Assembly (NCBI GenBank): GCA_951406725.2
Contig: OX597816.1
Location: 122,574,001 to 122,638,000 of the forward strand
Length of the DNA stretch: 64,000 nt
Origin: Octopus vulgaris
Taxonomy: Eukaryota
Reading direction: 5' to 3'
Shown here piece by piece: positions 50,813-64,000 of the stretch. Every line of letters starts with the position of its first letter. Position 1 is the stretch's first letter. The notes beneath the pieces were generated by a model. The model was not told the DNA's origin and did no database searches. It worked only from the letters and a program-made list of their open reading frames with translations. The position numbers and the translations under genes were made by a program.

Positions 50813-52429
50813 TCCTTTCAAAATAATGTAAGTCCAACAAGTGCAACTTGTAGCCGACTGTGTAAAACACACTTAGTTCAGAAACACATATGCTTAGTTA
50901 TCAAACTGAATAAAGTTCTTTGTAGATATTGAAATTGTAAATAATGAAAATAAATTAACTATATTGTAGGATTATCTGTGGATAGTGTGTCATTCTTGTG
51001 TTTGTAGCTTCTGACTTTCCAGTTCAAAGAGACCTTTGTCTGATAGGAGACCCATCACGTTTGTTGATATGTATATAAGCGTATTTGTGTGCTTATTTTG
51101 AAAGCAGTTGCTGAAATATTTTGTGTTAGGGCAATCTGCCTAATCCTTAACTCTAAACATTTTAGTAGAATCCATTCCGTTGTAAGCAGTCGGACCAGAT
51201 CTTCAGTTTAGGGATATACAAATCTGTCAAATCAATCACACGACCGTCCTTCTCGACTAAAAGATAAAATGGCGAAACAAGAATGAATCATAAGAACAAA
51301 AAAATATTGTGGATTTGTTTTGGAATAGTTGTTTCTTATGATACGATTTATTTATTTTAATATATTTTTGATACTCTGGTGTTCCAAACTATTAAGTTTC
51401 TTTCGATTTAGGGGCATAAAAGTGCGACATCGGAAATGAAACCAACAATACTGGGGAAATGTAAAGAAATATTTTTGCTTCCTGAATGAGCGAAACAAAT
51501 GAATAAATAAATATCTAAAAGCAGTTTATTATTATAAATAAGATTATGACTTTAGATACTTCTTTTCATTTCTCAGCAGCCCAGTTTAGTCATATTATTA
51601 AGGTAGCATCGTAAAAACTAAAATCTTTTCTTATTTCAACCAAACTTGATACAAGTCAGAGTAATTTCAGATTGGCAAGTCATTTCTAAAAGGAAACACA
51701 TTTTATTTGAAAGATTTTGGAGATGAGATGTAAAATGACTGTCTAGATAATATGCAAAAATCGAAAGATACACACACACACACACATATGCATATATGTA
51801 TATATGTGTATGCACACTTGTAAACATATATGTAATATATAAAATAACTATCTATATATTTATATTCACGTATCTTTTTAATATATGTGTGCGTAAGTGT
51901 GTGAGTCTGTGTTAAGACATTACTATTGTCCGCGCGTGCAGTTGAAAGCAATAAGTTTTAAACAATTATCAGTGATGAAAAAAGATAAAATTAAAAACCC
52001 AGAACATGATAGAGAATAAAAAGCAAAATAAAAACAAAACAATGCAACGTAGTTCTTTCATTGCAGAATGCTATCGGGCAGAACAATCAGTAACCTTTTG
52101 CCAATGAAATACACGATTATAAATATGTCTTTCGTGACAAAATTAATGTCGAACAGCAAAATCTTTATTTAACGCTGTTTATAATGCCTTTCCGTTTCGA
52201 AATTTTCAATTGTACGCATATATGGTATATAATAAGGAAATATAAATATCAAATAATATGTCTGGACAGTTTTCAATATTCCAATTCAGTGATTAATAGC
52301 TTAGGCTACATATGAATCTCAAGCAAAGTAACGAAAATAGGCAATGAAATTTTTAATTATATATATAGGTTCTGATTGTATGCCTTTGAATAGATATATG
52401 ACTGTGTGTCTGAATATATTTCCATAAAT

Positions 52430-52430
52430 A

Positions 52431-52474
<44 letters not shown>

Positions 52475-52527
52475 GGGAGAGTTTACGAATAAAACAAAAG
52501 ACGAAGATAGGTGGTGTACAAAAAAAC

Positions 52528-52598
<71 letters not shown>

Positions 52599-52756
52599 AT
52601 ACATACATATATACATACACACACATAAATATATACATATGTATAGACATACGTATACACACATATATATTAATATAAAAACGCACACATATGTATAAAT
52701 ATATTATATATATGTATATATATATGTATACGTATATGTATATATATATATACATG

Positions 52757-52797
<41 letters not shown>
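52430..52797. repeat. Compound (TA)n/(TACA)n microsatellite region
   Basis: Read directly; similar tracts at 42695-42785, 48022-48073, 56590-56800, 57960-58230, 61195-61316 and 62890-63410. Confidence 0.9.
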
Positions 52798-52800
<3 letters not shown>

Positions 52801-52858
52801 TACAATGGGATTCTTAACCACACAGCTATTAACGCACCCATCGGGATATATAGATAGA

Positions 52859-55637
52859 CAAGCAGTATAACCCGGCCTTGCCCGGGATTAAGTTACGATT
52901 ATTAAGTTAATCAAGTTCTTTATTTCAAACCAAACTAAGTAATATAGACGTCAAATTTGGGCGATATCCGTTGAAATTAGTTATATATATTATATATATT
53001 ATATATATATGATATAATATAAATATATATGGGCAACAGACACGAACACACATACACACACGTACGCATACATGTTCATAAACAGAAATGAATGGAAAAA
53101 ATGTTTTTAAATTTGTAGATTAAAACTCGCACGATTTTCACTAAAGTATATATACAAGGATTATAGAATATAGTGTCTTTCAAGAACAAAAAAACAAAAC
53201 ATTTTAATTTAATTTTTTATGAACGTCATAACTTACTCTCTCTCTCTCTCTCCCTCTCACTTTGTCTTTCCCATGAAACTCTCTGCCTCCTTCTTCCACT
53301 TTTCTTTATCTTATTTTTTTGTTAGACACTGGCAAAAAAGCTAAGGCTGTTTATGAACGTTGTCATTTAATCTCTGTCTCTCCCTCTCTCACTTTGTCTT
53401 TCCCGTGAATCTCTCTACCTCCTTCTTCCACTTTTCTTTATCTTATTTTTTTTTGTTAGACGCTGGCAAAAACGTTGTCATTTATTCTGTCTCTCCCTCT
53501 CTCACTTTGTCTTTCCCGTGAATCTCTCTACCTCCTTCTTCCACTTTTCTTTATCTTATTTTTTTTTGTTAGACGCTGGCAAAAACGTTGTCATTTAATC
53601 TCTGTCTCTCCCTCTCTCACTTTGTCTTTCCTGTGAATCTCTCTACCTCCTTCTTCCACTTTTCTTTATCCTATTTTTTTGTTAGACACTGGCAAGAACG
53701 TTGCCATTTAATCTCTGTCTCTCCGTCTCTCACTTTGTCTATCCCATGAAACTCTCTGCCTCTTTCTTCCACTTTTCTTTATCTTATTTTTTTGTTAGAC
53801 ACTGGCAAAAAAGCTGAGGCTGTTTATGAACGTTGTCATTTAATCTCTGTCTCTCCCTCTCTCACTTTGTCTTCCCCGTGAATCTCTCTACCTCCTTCCA
53901 CTTTTCTTTATCTTATTTTTTTTTTGTTAGACGCTGGCAAGAACGTTGTCATTTAATCTCTGTCTCTCCCTCTCTCACTTTGTCTTTCCCGTGAATCTCT
54001 CTACCTCCTTCCACTTTTCTTTATCTTATTTTTTTTGTTAGACGCTGGCAAGAACGTGGTCATTTATTCTCTGTCTCTCCCTCTCTCACTTTTTCTTTCC
54101 CGTGAATCTCTCTACCTCCTTCTTCCACTTTTCTTTATCTTATTTTTTTTTTGTTAGACGCTGGCAAAAACGTTGTCATTTAATCTCTGTCTCTCTCTCT
54201 CTCACTTTGTCTTTCCCGTGAATCTCTCTACCTTCTTCTTCCACTTTTCTTTATCCTATTTTTTTGTTAGACACTGGCAAGAACGTTGTCATTTAATCTC
54301 TGTCTCTCCCTCTCTCACTTTGTCTTTCCCGTAAATCTCTCTGCCTCCTCCTTCCACTTTTCTTTATCTTATTTTTATGTTAGACGCTGGCAAGAACGTT
54401 GCCATTTAATCTCTGTCTCTCACTCTCTCACTTTGTTTTTCCCGTGAATCTCTCTGCCTCCTTCTTCCACTTTTCTTTATCTTATTTTTTTGTTAGACGC
54501 TGGCAGGAACGTTGTCATTTAATCTCTGTCTCTCCCTCTCTCACTTTGTCTTTCCCGTAAACCTCTCTGCCTCCTTCTTCCACTTTCTTTATCTTATTTT
54601 TTTGTTACACGCTGGCAAGAACGTTGTCATTTAATCTCTGTCTCTCCCTCTCTCACTTTGTCTTTCCCGTGAATCTCTCTGCCTCCTTCTTCCACTTTTC
54701 TTTATCTTATTTTTTTCTGTTAGACGCTGGCAAAAACGTTGTCATTTAATCTCTGTCTCTCCCTCTCTCACTTTGTCTTTCCCGTGAATCTCTCTGCCTC
54801 CTTCTTCCACTTTTCTTTATCTTATTTTTTTTGTTAGACACTGGCAAGAACGTTGTCATTTAATCTCTGTCTCTCCCTCTCTCACTTTGTCTTTCCCGTG
54901 AATCTCTCTGCCTCCTTCTTCCACTTTTCTTTATCTTATTTTTTTGTTAGACACTGGCAAGAACGTTGTCATTTAATCTCTGTCTCTCCCTCTCTCACTT
55001 TGTCTTTCCCGTGAATCTCTCTACCTCCTTCTTCCACTTTTCTTTATCTTATTTTTTTGTTAGACGCTGGCAAGAACGTTGTCATTTAATCTCTGTCTCT
55101 CCCTCTCTCACTTTGTCTTTCCCTTGAAACTCTCTGCCTCCTTCTTCCACTTTTCTTTATCGTATTTTTTTTTGTTAGACACTGGTAAGAACGTTGTCAT
55201 TTAATCTCTGTCTCTCCCTCTCTCACTTTGTCTTTCCCGTGAATCTCTCTACCTCCTTCTTCCACATTATGGTTTTTTTTGTTGTTAGATACTGGCAAGA
55301 ACGTTGCCATTTAATCTCTGTCTCTCCCTCTCTCACTTTGTCTTTCCCGTGAAACTCTCTGCCTCCTTCTTCCACTTTTCTTTATCTTATTTTTTTGTTA
55401 GACGCCATAAAAAAACCAGGGCTGATATTTTTCGTGTCTAAAAGCTATATCTGAAAATAGATATTTATGCTACCCACGGGTGCCTCGGGGACAAAAATAA
55501 GTTGACAAAACCCAGAGGGTGTGTTGACAAACGTCCTCCTAAAATTGGAGCGACATGCGGTCTAATTTGTGGACGTGCATTAATTACAATCACGTACACA
55601 CACACACGCACACACATCCTCCCTTTTATAGATATGA
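52859..55637 (-). mobile_element. Non-autonomous Helitron-like element carrying a tandem array
   Basis: Minus strand starts A|TCatatctataaaaggg (55637) and ends cccgggcaaggccggg hairpin plus tatactgcttg|T (52859). The same type of hairpin ends the Helitron at 49062-49092. The terminal CTTG is a variant of CTRR. Confidence 0.7.
53222..55406. repeat. Tandem minisatellite/satellite array, ~113-bp unit, ~19 copies
   Basis: Unit aacgttgtcatttaatctctgtctctccctctctcactttgtctttcccgtgaatctctctacctccttcttccacttttctttatcttattttttttgttagacgctggcaag, counted manually. Units are adjacent with no unique spacers. Confidence 0.95.
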
Positions 55638-56646
55638 TAGTTAAGGGGGAATGTGTATTTTGGTATAGTCTGTTTCAAGTATTTAGTCAATGCCATGATC
55701 AACTACTAACCTTTATATGTTGAAGGGGTAGCTTCCATGGCCACTACACCGGCCACTCAAAAATTGTGAGATTGATGCTTCATAAGTTACCTTGAAAGTC
55801 ATTAGGTCAAACTTTGTCGCAAAAGCGCGCGTGCGAGTATGCGCTTATGTTTCGTATATGTGTGGAGAGAGAGAGAGAGAGAGAGAGATCTGCAGGGTGC
55901 CATCTTTCTGGAAAAAAGAAAATTTTTTTGCACATGATATAAAAAACAGAGCAGACTTTCTTGCACATAATATATTTTTTGCTATTTTCTGCGTTGTAAG
56001 TGTGGTGTTAGGAAAAGTAAGGATTTTCAAAAACTATGGCTTCTTAATGGTAGCACAGTAATCAATGATTTCACATTGATTAGTTGCAGTTGTTAAAGAT
56101 GTTTTAAACATATTTTATGATTGAAATGCTATAAAACGTTTACCTTAAATTGTTATTTTGGATTTTGTTGTTAAATCTATCCAGAACAAGTTATTTTTTT
56201 CTTTTATAATAGCTGATCTAGTTTTAGTGGAGGGGTTAATGCTTCATGTTTCAGGTTAATGAATTGTTTAAGAATTTCACTTTATGGTTTTTGAGAGGGA
56301 TGCACTGTCTTTTTAAAGCGAGCATACTTTACCTTCGATGTTTGGATTGGCGGTGATATTTTCTCCTTCACTGCTGATGCAATACAGGATATTATTACGC
56401 TTTTTGTTCCCCCGAAAGTGTTGTTTAATAAAATGCTTTAAGATCTAAAACATTTTTCATATATATTTCTGATCATATCAATATTGATTAAAATGGTTAA
56501 ATCTTGAATAATTTTCACACGATCTGCTAGTTTTTGATGGAACAAGTTTTATTCTATTTTGATGTTTTAAATTTAGTGTATTTAACTATTATATATATGT
56601 GTGTGTGTATTTACATGTACATACATAGTTACACTTATACATATAG

Positions 56647-56760
<114 letters not shown>

Positions 56761-56763
56761 CAT

Positions 56764-56794
<31 letters not shown>

Positions 56795-58299
56795 CATATG
56801 CTATATACATCTTTACAAAGTGCTGCAAAAATTTATTATGCAGCAGAAACTTTCACGTTTCAAATAAGAAATGCATACAGCTATGAGTTATATCGCATTC
56901 GTTTCGAAGAAAAAGCCTTCCAGCGAACCATTTAGGCAAAAAATTCTATGTATGAGACCGTTAATAGAAGTTTTTCTGTGTGAGTATACCAGAGGTTTTC
57001 TTGAATATTCTATAAGGTAATTACTGAATTTTCAGCTGATACGCTTATTTTCAAGTCAAATGTTTTTTGCCCAGTATTTTACCCGAAGACAATGTACCGT
57101 ATATCATTGCTATCGCATAAGTTTTTGCACCGCAATTGTAATTTACTATGTTATCAAATTTTTTTTGAAATGAAGTTTTCCATTATGCATAGAAACAAAT
57201 TTTGACCTGCTAATTTCTTTACTAACACAGTTGCAGCATCTCCTTGCTATAATTTTGCGCCTACACATTATTGGTCTACATATGTAAAATCAAATATTTG
57301 CCATTTAGTTTCGAGTACAAGTTTAATACGAGTGACTACATACCACAGTACCACCCCACTATAAGGGAGTAACTGATGCGTCATCTCTTAACGTAGCTAT
57401 TAACCCAACCATTAGTGAGTGGCTTCGTTCAAACTCAGTTTGTGATGTACCAGTTGTGACGTAGGTATGAAAAGAGAACATGGATGCCATTTACGACATC
57501 TTTATCGGTAGAATTTTATAATCCAACGTCTTGAGCTAAAATTTTAACCAGCTAAGATTTCAAACAGGTTAAAATTCATACATCAACCCGGACAAAATCA
57601 TCGTCGTTGGATTAGTGGCACTGAAAACAAATAATGTGCAAATATATAGGAAACTTAGGTGTGGCCTGAACGGACATGCGAAAGTTCAAACGGTTATATT
57701 ATCTAAATTCACACATGTAAATTAGTTTATTGTTAATATTGGCATTAAGAACATATATGCTGTAGCCTTGACATTAAAGGACATCAGTACGAAGCAGATA
57801 TTTTTTTCAGTTAAACGAGACAATAGAAGACAAAATCTCTGGGCAAAAAAGGCCATAACACTTTTATCAACTTGTCCTATTCTGTTCAATTTAAGTACAG
57901 GAGGTACACACGTATTACATACACATTCCTAGACACATAATTACATATATTTACGAAACCACATATACATATATATACATACATACATATGTATAAACAC
58001 ACATATATATGTATGCACACATACACACACACACATATATATATACATATAAACTTATTCACACACGATACATGCATATGTATACTTACAAATATATACA
58101 GATAAATATACACACACGCACGTAGATATATTCCAAATATATGTGTACACGCATCTACAAATATATATGCACATACATATAAATATACACCCATATACAT
58201 ATATATGTATATTTACATAAAATATATAAGATCCACTACTCTTATCTATTTGGAACATGGTATAATTATTTCTCAATGCTTGTTCCTGAGCGTTGCATA

Positions 58300-60750
58300 T
58301 ATTTCTTAGTGCATCCTTTCAAATCACTCTTCCTTAGTCACCTTCAGGTGTTGGTCTTGTCTTTTCCTTCCATTTTCCTGAGGTATTGCGCATGCATCAT
58401 TTTCATTTTCCATTTAAATGTTTTTGGGTGTGTCACAATTTCAACAATACCAATTAAAGATTCAATTCACTGTTTGACGTACCGTTGACAATAAAGATTT
58501 TGCATCCCATGAGACCTCTTCCTCCCTTGTTTCTAGCCACATACATTCTCGCGATATCGCTTTTAGGGCGCAGTTCTTGTTCATTGTCGTCATTTTTTCT
58601 GACTTTTCCAGTCATTTTTTCTGACTTTGTCCACCTAACAACACTTGTGCTGTTTCCCATTAAGGACACAGACAATATATTCCTTGCCCTGATATTGTTC
58701 TTTGTATTGAGTCTACCCTCCATAATTAACTTGGTTATCCTGGGGGATTCTTGCCTGAAGCTTTCCTTGATCTCATTCTCCTTGATTTTATCATACTCCA
58801 AAATATCTATATACATATATCGGTCCACCTCAACATTCCTGATTCTCTCACCATTGAGTAGTTCTACACCGTTAGATGACATTACTTTGCCTTTTCTTTA
58901 TAATATGCATACCACACATTTTCATACCAAATTCCATCTCGATATCTTTACAGAATATCTGCAATGTTGAAACCAGACCCTTTATTTCACACTCATTCTT
59001 ACCGAAGACCTTTAATACAACAGGTGATACAACTTTTCTCCACTTTTCAAGGTGTACTCCGATGTTACTTACCGTAATATTTGCGTGAAAGGTATCATAC
59101 AAATTACAAACAAAAATGGCGACAGACTGTCTCCTTGAAATATGCCTCATCTGATGTTAACCTTCGCCAAAAATTCTCCATGTAATGTTAACTCTGTATT
59201 CCAATTCTTCGTTGATCTCCTGATAATATTCAAAATGTTATCAGACACATGTACTTACTCAAGACTTTCAAACATCCAAGAATGAGGGACCATGTTATAA
59301 GCTTTCTTATAATCGATTCACACCATATTCAGAATAGTATACCTTCTTTTCGGTCGTTCAGCACCATTCTGTCTATCAGAAGTTGATCTTTTATCCTTCG
59401 ACTTTTTATCCTGCCTCACTTCTCTTCTATTCGCAGCTTGTCATTCATTTCTAGGAAATTGTACGTAAAGTTAGAGATTACACCAGTCATCAACTTCTGC
59501 ATCGACGTTAGGCAGGAGATTGGCTGGTAAATATCCACTACATTATCTTTACCAGGGCCCTTTTGGAGAAGAACTATTTTGTCTGTGGTCATCTACTTCG
59601 GGTTTTCCACGCCATTGTTGACCATCTCATCGATTTGCAGCTATTCCTTCGTGTAATGCAGGATAATTTTTTAGCCAGTATCCTTGTATCTCATCCGGAC
59701 CTGGAGATTTTCAGCTTGGAACTTTCGTTTTCTGCTCGGTCACTATTTCACTTGTTATCCTTATATTGTTCTGTTTCCATTCATATTTCTCCAATCTGAA
59801 TTCCTTTAATCGTTGAGCATCTTTTTTATGACTCCTATTGTTATTCCAGATGTTACTCCAAAACCTCTTACATTTTTACATTCTTCAGCATCCAGATTTC
59901 TCATTGCTATTAACCTTTCCGTTCAGCTGCAGCTAAACCCATTTCTGATCTTGTTGGAACAATTTATTGATCTGAAAGCGTTCAATTCTTTGATTGCATC
60001 TCTTAATTTTTGTAGCTTTAGCCTGCAGTCTTTGTTTCAGCTCTTCAAGAATGCATTTAACTCCTTTTTTCATGATCCAATATCTACGTTCTAGTTCCTG
60101 TTATTTATCCTTCTTTTTGATTTCACCTTGTTTCTTTCTTTCCAGGGTGCTGATATGCTTCCATAGTTCGTTCATTGATTGTTTCATTCTTCTTTTCCAC
60201 CAAGGCACTTTCGCTGCATTTCTTCTTTTACAGTTGCTTCAAGACTTACTTTCCTGCCTATGTAAATGATACAAGCTTTAATGAATATATTCATTCTAGT
60301 TATATTAACCGTCTTAATTACTTTCAGGAATTTATTCATCTTCTAAGCCCACTCACCGAGTTTATCCACTTTCTTGAATCCATTTAATTCCATGTTCAGA
60401 CCTTTTCTGAATGATACCAGTGATGTCTTCGATAATTCCTCTGTCATCGCTCAGTCTCTCTACATTCTCAAAATTTAAGCCAGCATTGTTCTCCTGAACA
60501 ACTTCATTCAATACAACCTCGTTCATATACACTGTAGCGACTTCATCTTCACTCATTGTGTTTTCAATCGTCATCCTCTTTTTAATCTCATCAAGCTTTA
60601 ATGCGGTTAACCATCCGTTCGTCCATATTATCCTTGCATAGTTGCACAGTCTCTGTTCCATAATATCTAAGTCCTGAGTTTCTATCCAGATGACACGCCT
60701 TCTCTTTCTATATCCTCTTATGGGCTTCCTTCGCCATCAACTGTTTGCTC
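58300..60750 (-). mobile_element. Old, degraded R4/Dong-type LINE
   Basis: Minus strand EQRLCNYARIIWTNGWLTALKLDEIK (R4/Dong N-terminal motif), YQPISCL, IDYKKAY.MVPHSW, IFQGDSLSPFLF, KDIEMEFGMKMC, RPKSDIARMYVARNKGGRGL. Boundaries approximate. Confidence 0.8.
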
Positions 60751-61322
60751 AAAAAATATTCCGTGACAGCTACATTCACCGACCTAGACTATTTTTTTCT
60801 AGATGTCATATAGTGACAAACAAATCTGTGCTGCTCACTCACAGGACTTGCCGGGTGAGTGACCGTCGCCTGAAGTTCCGTCCTCATTTAAACCGTTGTT
60901 TTGTACTAATTCTTTTATCCTTTACTCTCATCTGGAGAAAAGTGGTGATAAAGTGTCACGGCCACCATTATATTTTTATCGAGATACCATCTCTAGAGTG
61001 TTTGTCTCAAAATACCATTGTCCCTCTACCAGCAAATGAGCTACCCTGCGTGGGACACCAACCCAGTACTCCGCGTTGAGGTCAAGAGTTACATACATCT
61101 AATGTCATGAACTGAGCCGGAAAGATTGCTTGGAGAGACATTTTAAAGTGCGGAACTATTAGTAGCTCTTTAATAATCGCGTATATTAAATGTCATATAC
61201 ATATATATATATATATATACATACATACATACATACATACATACATACATACATACATACATACATACATACATACATACATACATACATACATACATAC
61301 ATGTGCGTGTGTGTGTACTAAG

Positions 61323-61722
61323 GCGTGTAGCTGCATCAAAGTGGCAGTTGAATGTTACTACAAGTTTAACCCCAGGTGAATTCTCTACCAGCTGGTTTTC
61401 GGTGCAAGTTCTGCACCCTTTATATACAATACATCACTAGTAGGAAGAGCGAACCCCTGTTACCCTCCACCAGCTCACAGGATCGCAGGACGGACCCAGT
61501 TTCGAGCTATTTGGCTTATCGTCAGCCACGCACACCTGTGCAATGAAGATATAGCTAAGATCCGCTTCTGCCAGCGATATATTGTAAACAAAGTGACCAT
61601 CGGTCACTGATTTGCAACAAGCAAAATAGCTAGTTATAAAATCTCTAGAAGAGATAAAGTAGTAACGTATACAAAACAGTAAAGCGAGTAGCCACATCAA
61701 AGTGGCAGTTGAATGTTACTAC
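61323..61722 (-). mobile_element. Retrozyme-like unit: 361-bp period with terminal direct repeat and internal hammerhead
   Basis: catcaaagtggcagttgaatgttactac is identical at 61334-61361 and 61695-61722 (extends to ~39 bp with 3 mismatches); the hammerhead lies between the two copies. Confidence 0.6.
61476..61540 (-). ncRNA. Type I hammerhead ribozyme motif with extended stem I
   Basis: Minus strand cacagg-tgtg-cgtgg-CTGACGA-ta-agc-caaata-gct-c-GAAA-ctgggtccg-TC-ctgcg-at-cctgtg. Stem I cgtgg/ctgcg, internal loop, then cacagg/cctgtg; GUC triplet; stems II and III carry mismatches. Confidence 0.7.
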
Positions 61723-62302
61723 TAATCACTACTAGTTACTACTATATACATATATATATATATACACACAAATACATATAATGTTCACCATTATTATTAT
61801 CACTGCTGCCCTAAACAGTTATGACTTAATCGGCAGCACAACTAATGAAGAAACGCTATTTGGATGGCCAGTGACTACTCAGAGTTTTTCGCCCTTACAC
61901 AGGTCTACTTTTCCATCCTGTAGGGAGATCCAAAGGCCATAAACACACCCTCCTCACAGAGCAAGCCCTGTGGAATTACCAGTTTAGTCGCCGACGACCT
62001 GACGTTTGTGATTCGATTTCCCGACTTCACTTATTGGTGGTCAAGGGATGAGTGACACGTACCTGAGTAAAGGATAGAAGTAATGCAAAGACGTAATGCA
62101 AAGGAGAGTAAAGGACAGAGGTAATGAAACAAAGCACCCAAAAAATGGAGCAGGGGAAAATCTATGTTGTTACTTTGAGTCGTTGCCGTCTTTGCTGTTA
62201 TGATTTTCGTTGTTCTTTAGTAACCATGATGGAATGTCTTATTCATTGAATGGCATATTCAGTTTTCCTATATCTGAGACCACGAATTCTCATCCCAATA
62301 TG

Positions 62303-62632
62303 TGAAGGTGCATGGCTCAGTGGTAAGGGCATTGAGCTAATAATCGTGAACTTGTGAGTTCGATTCCTGAACCGGGCTCTGCGTTGTATTCTTGAGCATA
62401 TGACTATATTTCATGTTGCTCCAGGTTCTGTCTGCTGTAGAAATGAGTTGTGGCGTCACTGGTGCTAAGCTGTATTTCCTTTCCCATGGACAACATCGGT
62501 GTCGTGGAGAGAAGAGACTGGTATTCATGGACGTCAGCTGGTCGTCCATAAACAATCTTGCTCAGACTTGTGTCTCGATGGAGGACTTTCTAGGTGCAAT
62601 CCGATGTTAATTCGTACCCTAAATGTGTCTTT
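62303..62632 (+). mobile_element. tRNA-derived SINE (family D)
   Basis: A box tggctcagtgg, B box gagttcgattcc; 3' half homologous to 12489-12672. Confidence 0.8.
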
Positions 62633-62886
62633 TTAAATTATGCAGTTGGTTGCGAGCATGCACCATTAAGAGACCTAAAGAAGAAGAAATGAAACTGCCA
62701 CTCTCATTGGTCATTACTCACTGCTATTTATTGTGATTTTAAAATAGAAAGTCCACAGAAGATATTATCTCAGGAGAAATACTGCAGTAGCTGGCTTATC
62801 GACAGTGTTTATACAATAAATATAATATATGGGTGGTTATGTTAATTAAATACAGCATCAGCTGTCTATACCGGATACACACATAC

Positions 62887-63006
<120 letters not shown>

Positions 63007-63158
63007 GCATATATATATGGACATATATCAGCTCAAACACACATATCTTCATACATGTGTGTGTGCGTGATATAGATATACATACATATCTATATACATA
63101 TATACACATATGATAATCACATACACACACGTTTGTATGTATATATATATATATATAT

Positions 63159-63194
<36 letters not shown>

Positions 63195-63296
63195 AGTCTT
63201 CTTGCTGATAGCTACGAAATTGTTAATGTAAGGAACAAGAAGTTATCAAAAGTGAATAAATATCGGATGACCTAGTAATCTCACCACTTCGTCATT

Positions 63297-63395
<99 letters not shown>

Positions 63396-64000
63396 TATAT
63401 GATATATATGATATATTTATGTTCATCATATTGCAAAATATTTACTTTGTACTTTACGAAGTAAAATCATAATGGCAATTTTAGAAGCGTTAGTTCGTTG
63501 CCAAAGAAAAAAACTGCCATCTTAAATCTTGCAATGTCATTCATAGAAATGATTTCCAGCCAGATCAGATATTCCTTGCGATTGCTGCCCCACAATCTCT
63601 CCCTTGCACACTCAATTGTTATTCTATTGAAAATATTGTTAGTGAAATATTCAAATACCTATAACCGGAGATCATTATTTTCAGTTAATATAGATGTATA
63701 CAATATAGCGTTTTTTACAGTGCAAAAAAATATTATACTAACAAGAACAAAATGACGTATGTATCACGAAATACCATATATATGTATGCGTTTCTGTGTG
63801 TGTGTGAATATATATATATATATATATACTCCAATATGTGCGTAGGTATACTAGGTATACGCTTCTCCGAGTGTGCATGAGCGCGTTTTTGCGCATGTAT
63901 TTGTGTGTGCACATATGCATATACATATTCAAATGCATATGTTTACTCACATGCACACATGTATACGTGTGTGCATGCGTGCGTACGTTTGTGTGTATGC

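Noticed and set aside
53222-55406. CRISPR array
   Set aside because: Units are contiguous ~113-bp repeats without unique spacers, there are no cas genes, and the context is eukaryotic.
58485-60387. Plus-strand ORFs up to 161 aa
   Set aside because: Antisense to the decayed R4/Dong element on the minus strand.

Overview
AT-rich eukaryotic (animal) DNA dense in microsatellites. The tRNA-derived SINE families and repeat landscape look like an octopus/coleoid cephalopod genome (recognised by eye, no search run). I see no host protein-coding gene; nearly all short ORFs are microsatellite or antisense artefacts. The window is a transposon graveyard: two R4/Dong-type RLE LINEs (the young one sits in a (TAA)n tract), two RTE-group LINEs, two CR1-like remnants, a Tx1-type LINE in (TATC)n, a decayed Ty3/Gypsy with very short LTR-like repeats, three Penelope-like remnants, four mariner pieces, a maT-like element, two Helitron derivatives (one carrying a 19 x ~113-bp array) and many SINEs. 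The most interesting signal is non-coding. Several type I hammerhead ribozyme motifs occur (near-perfect at 42425-42470; others at 19760-19807 and 61476-61540 on the minus strand, plus decayed ones). One lies in a 361-bp terminally redundant retrozyme-like unit, two share an unexplained covarying RNA structure just downstream, and an ORF1-only (HAL1-like) element appears to have inserted into stem I of the best one.
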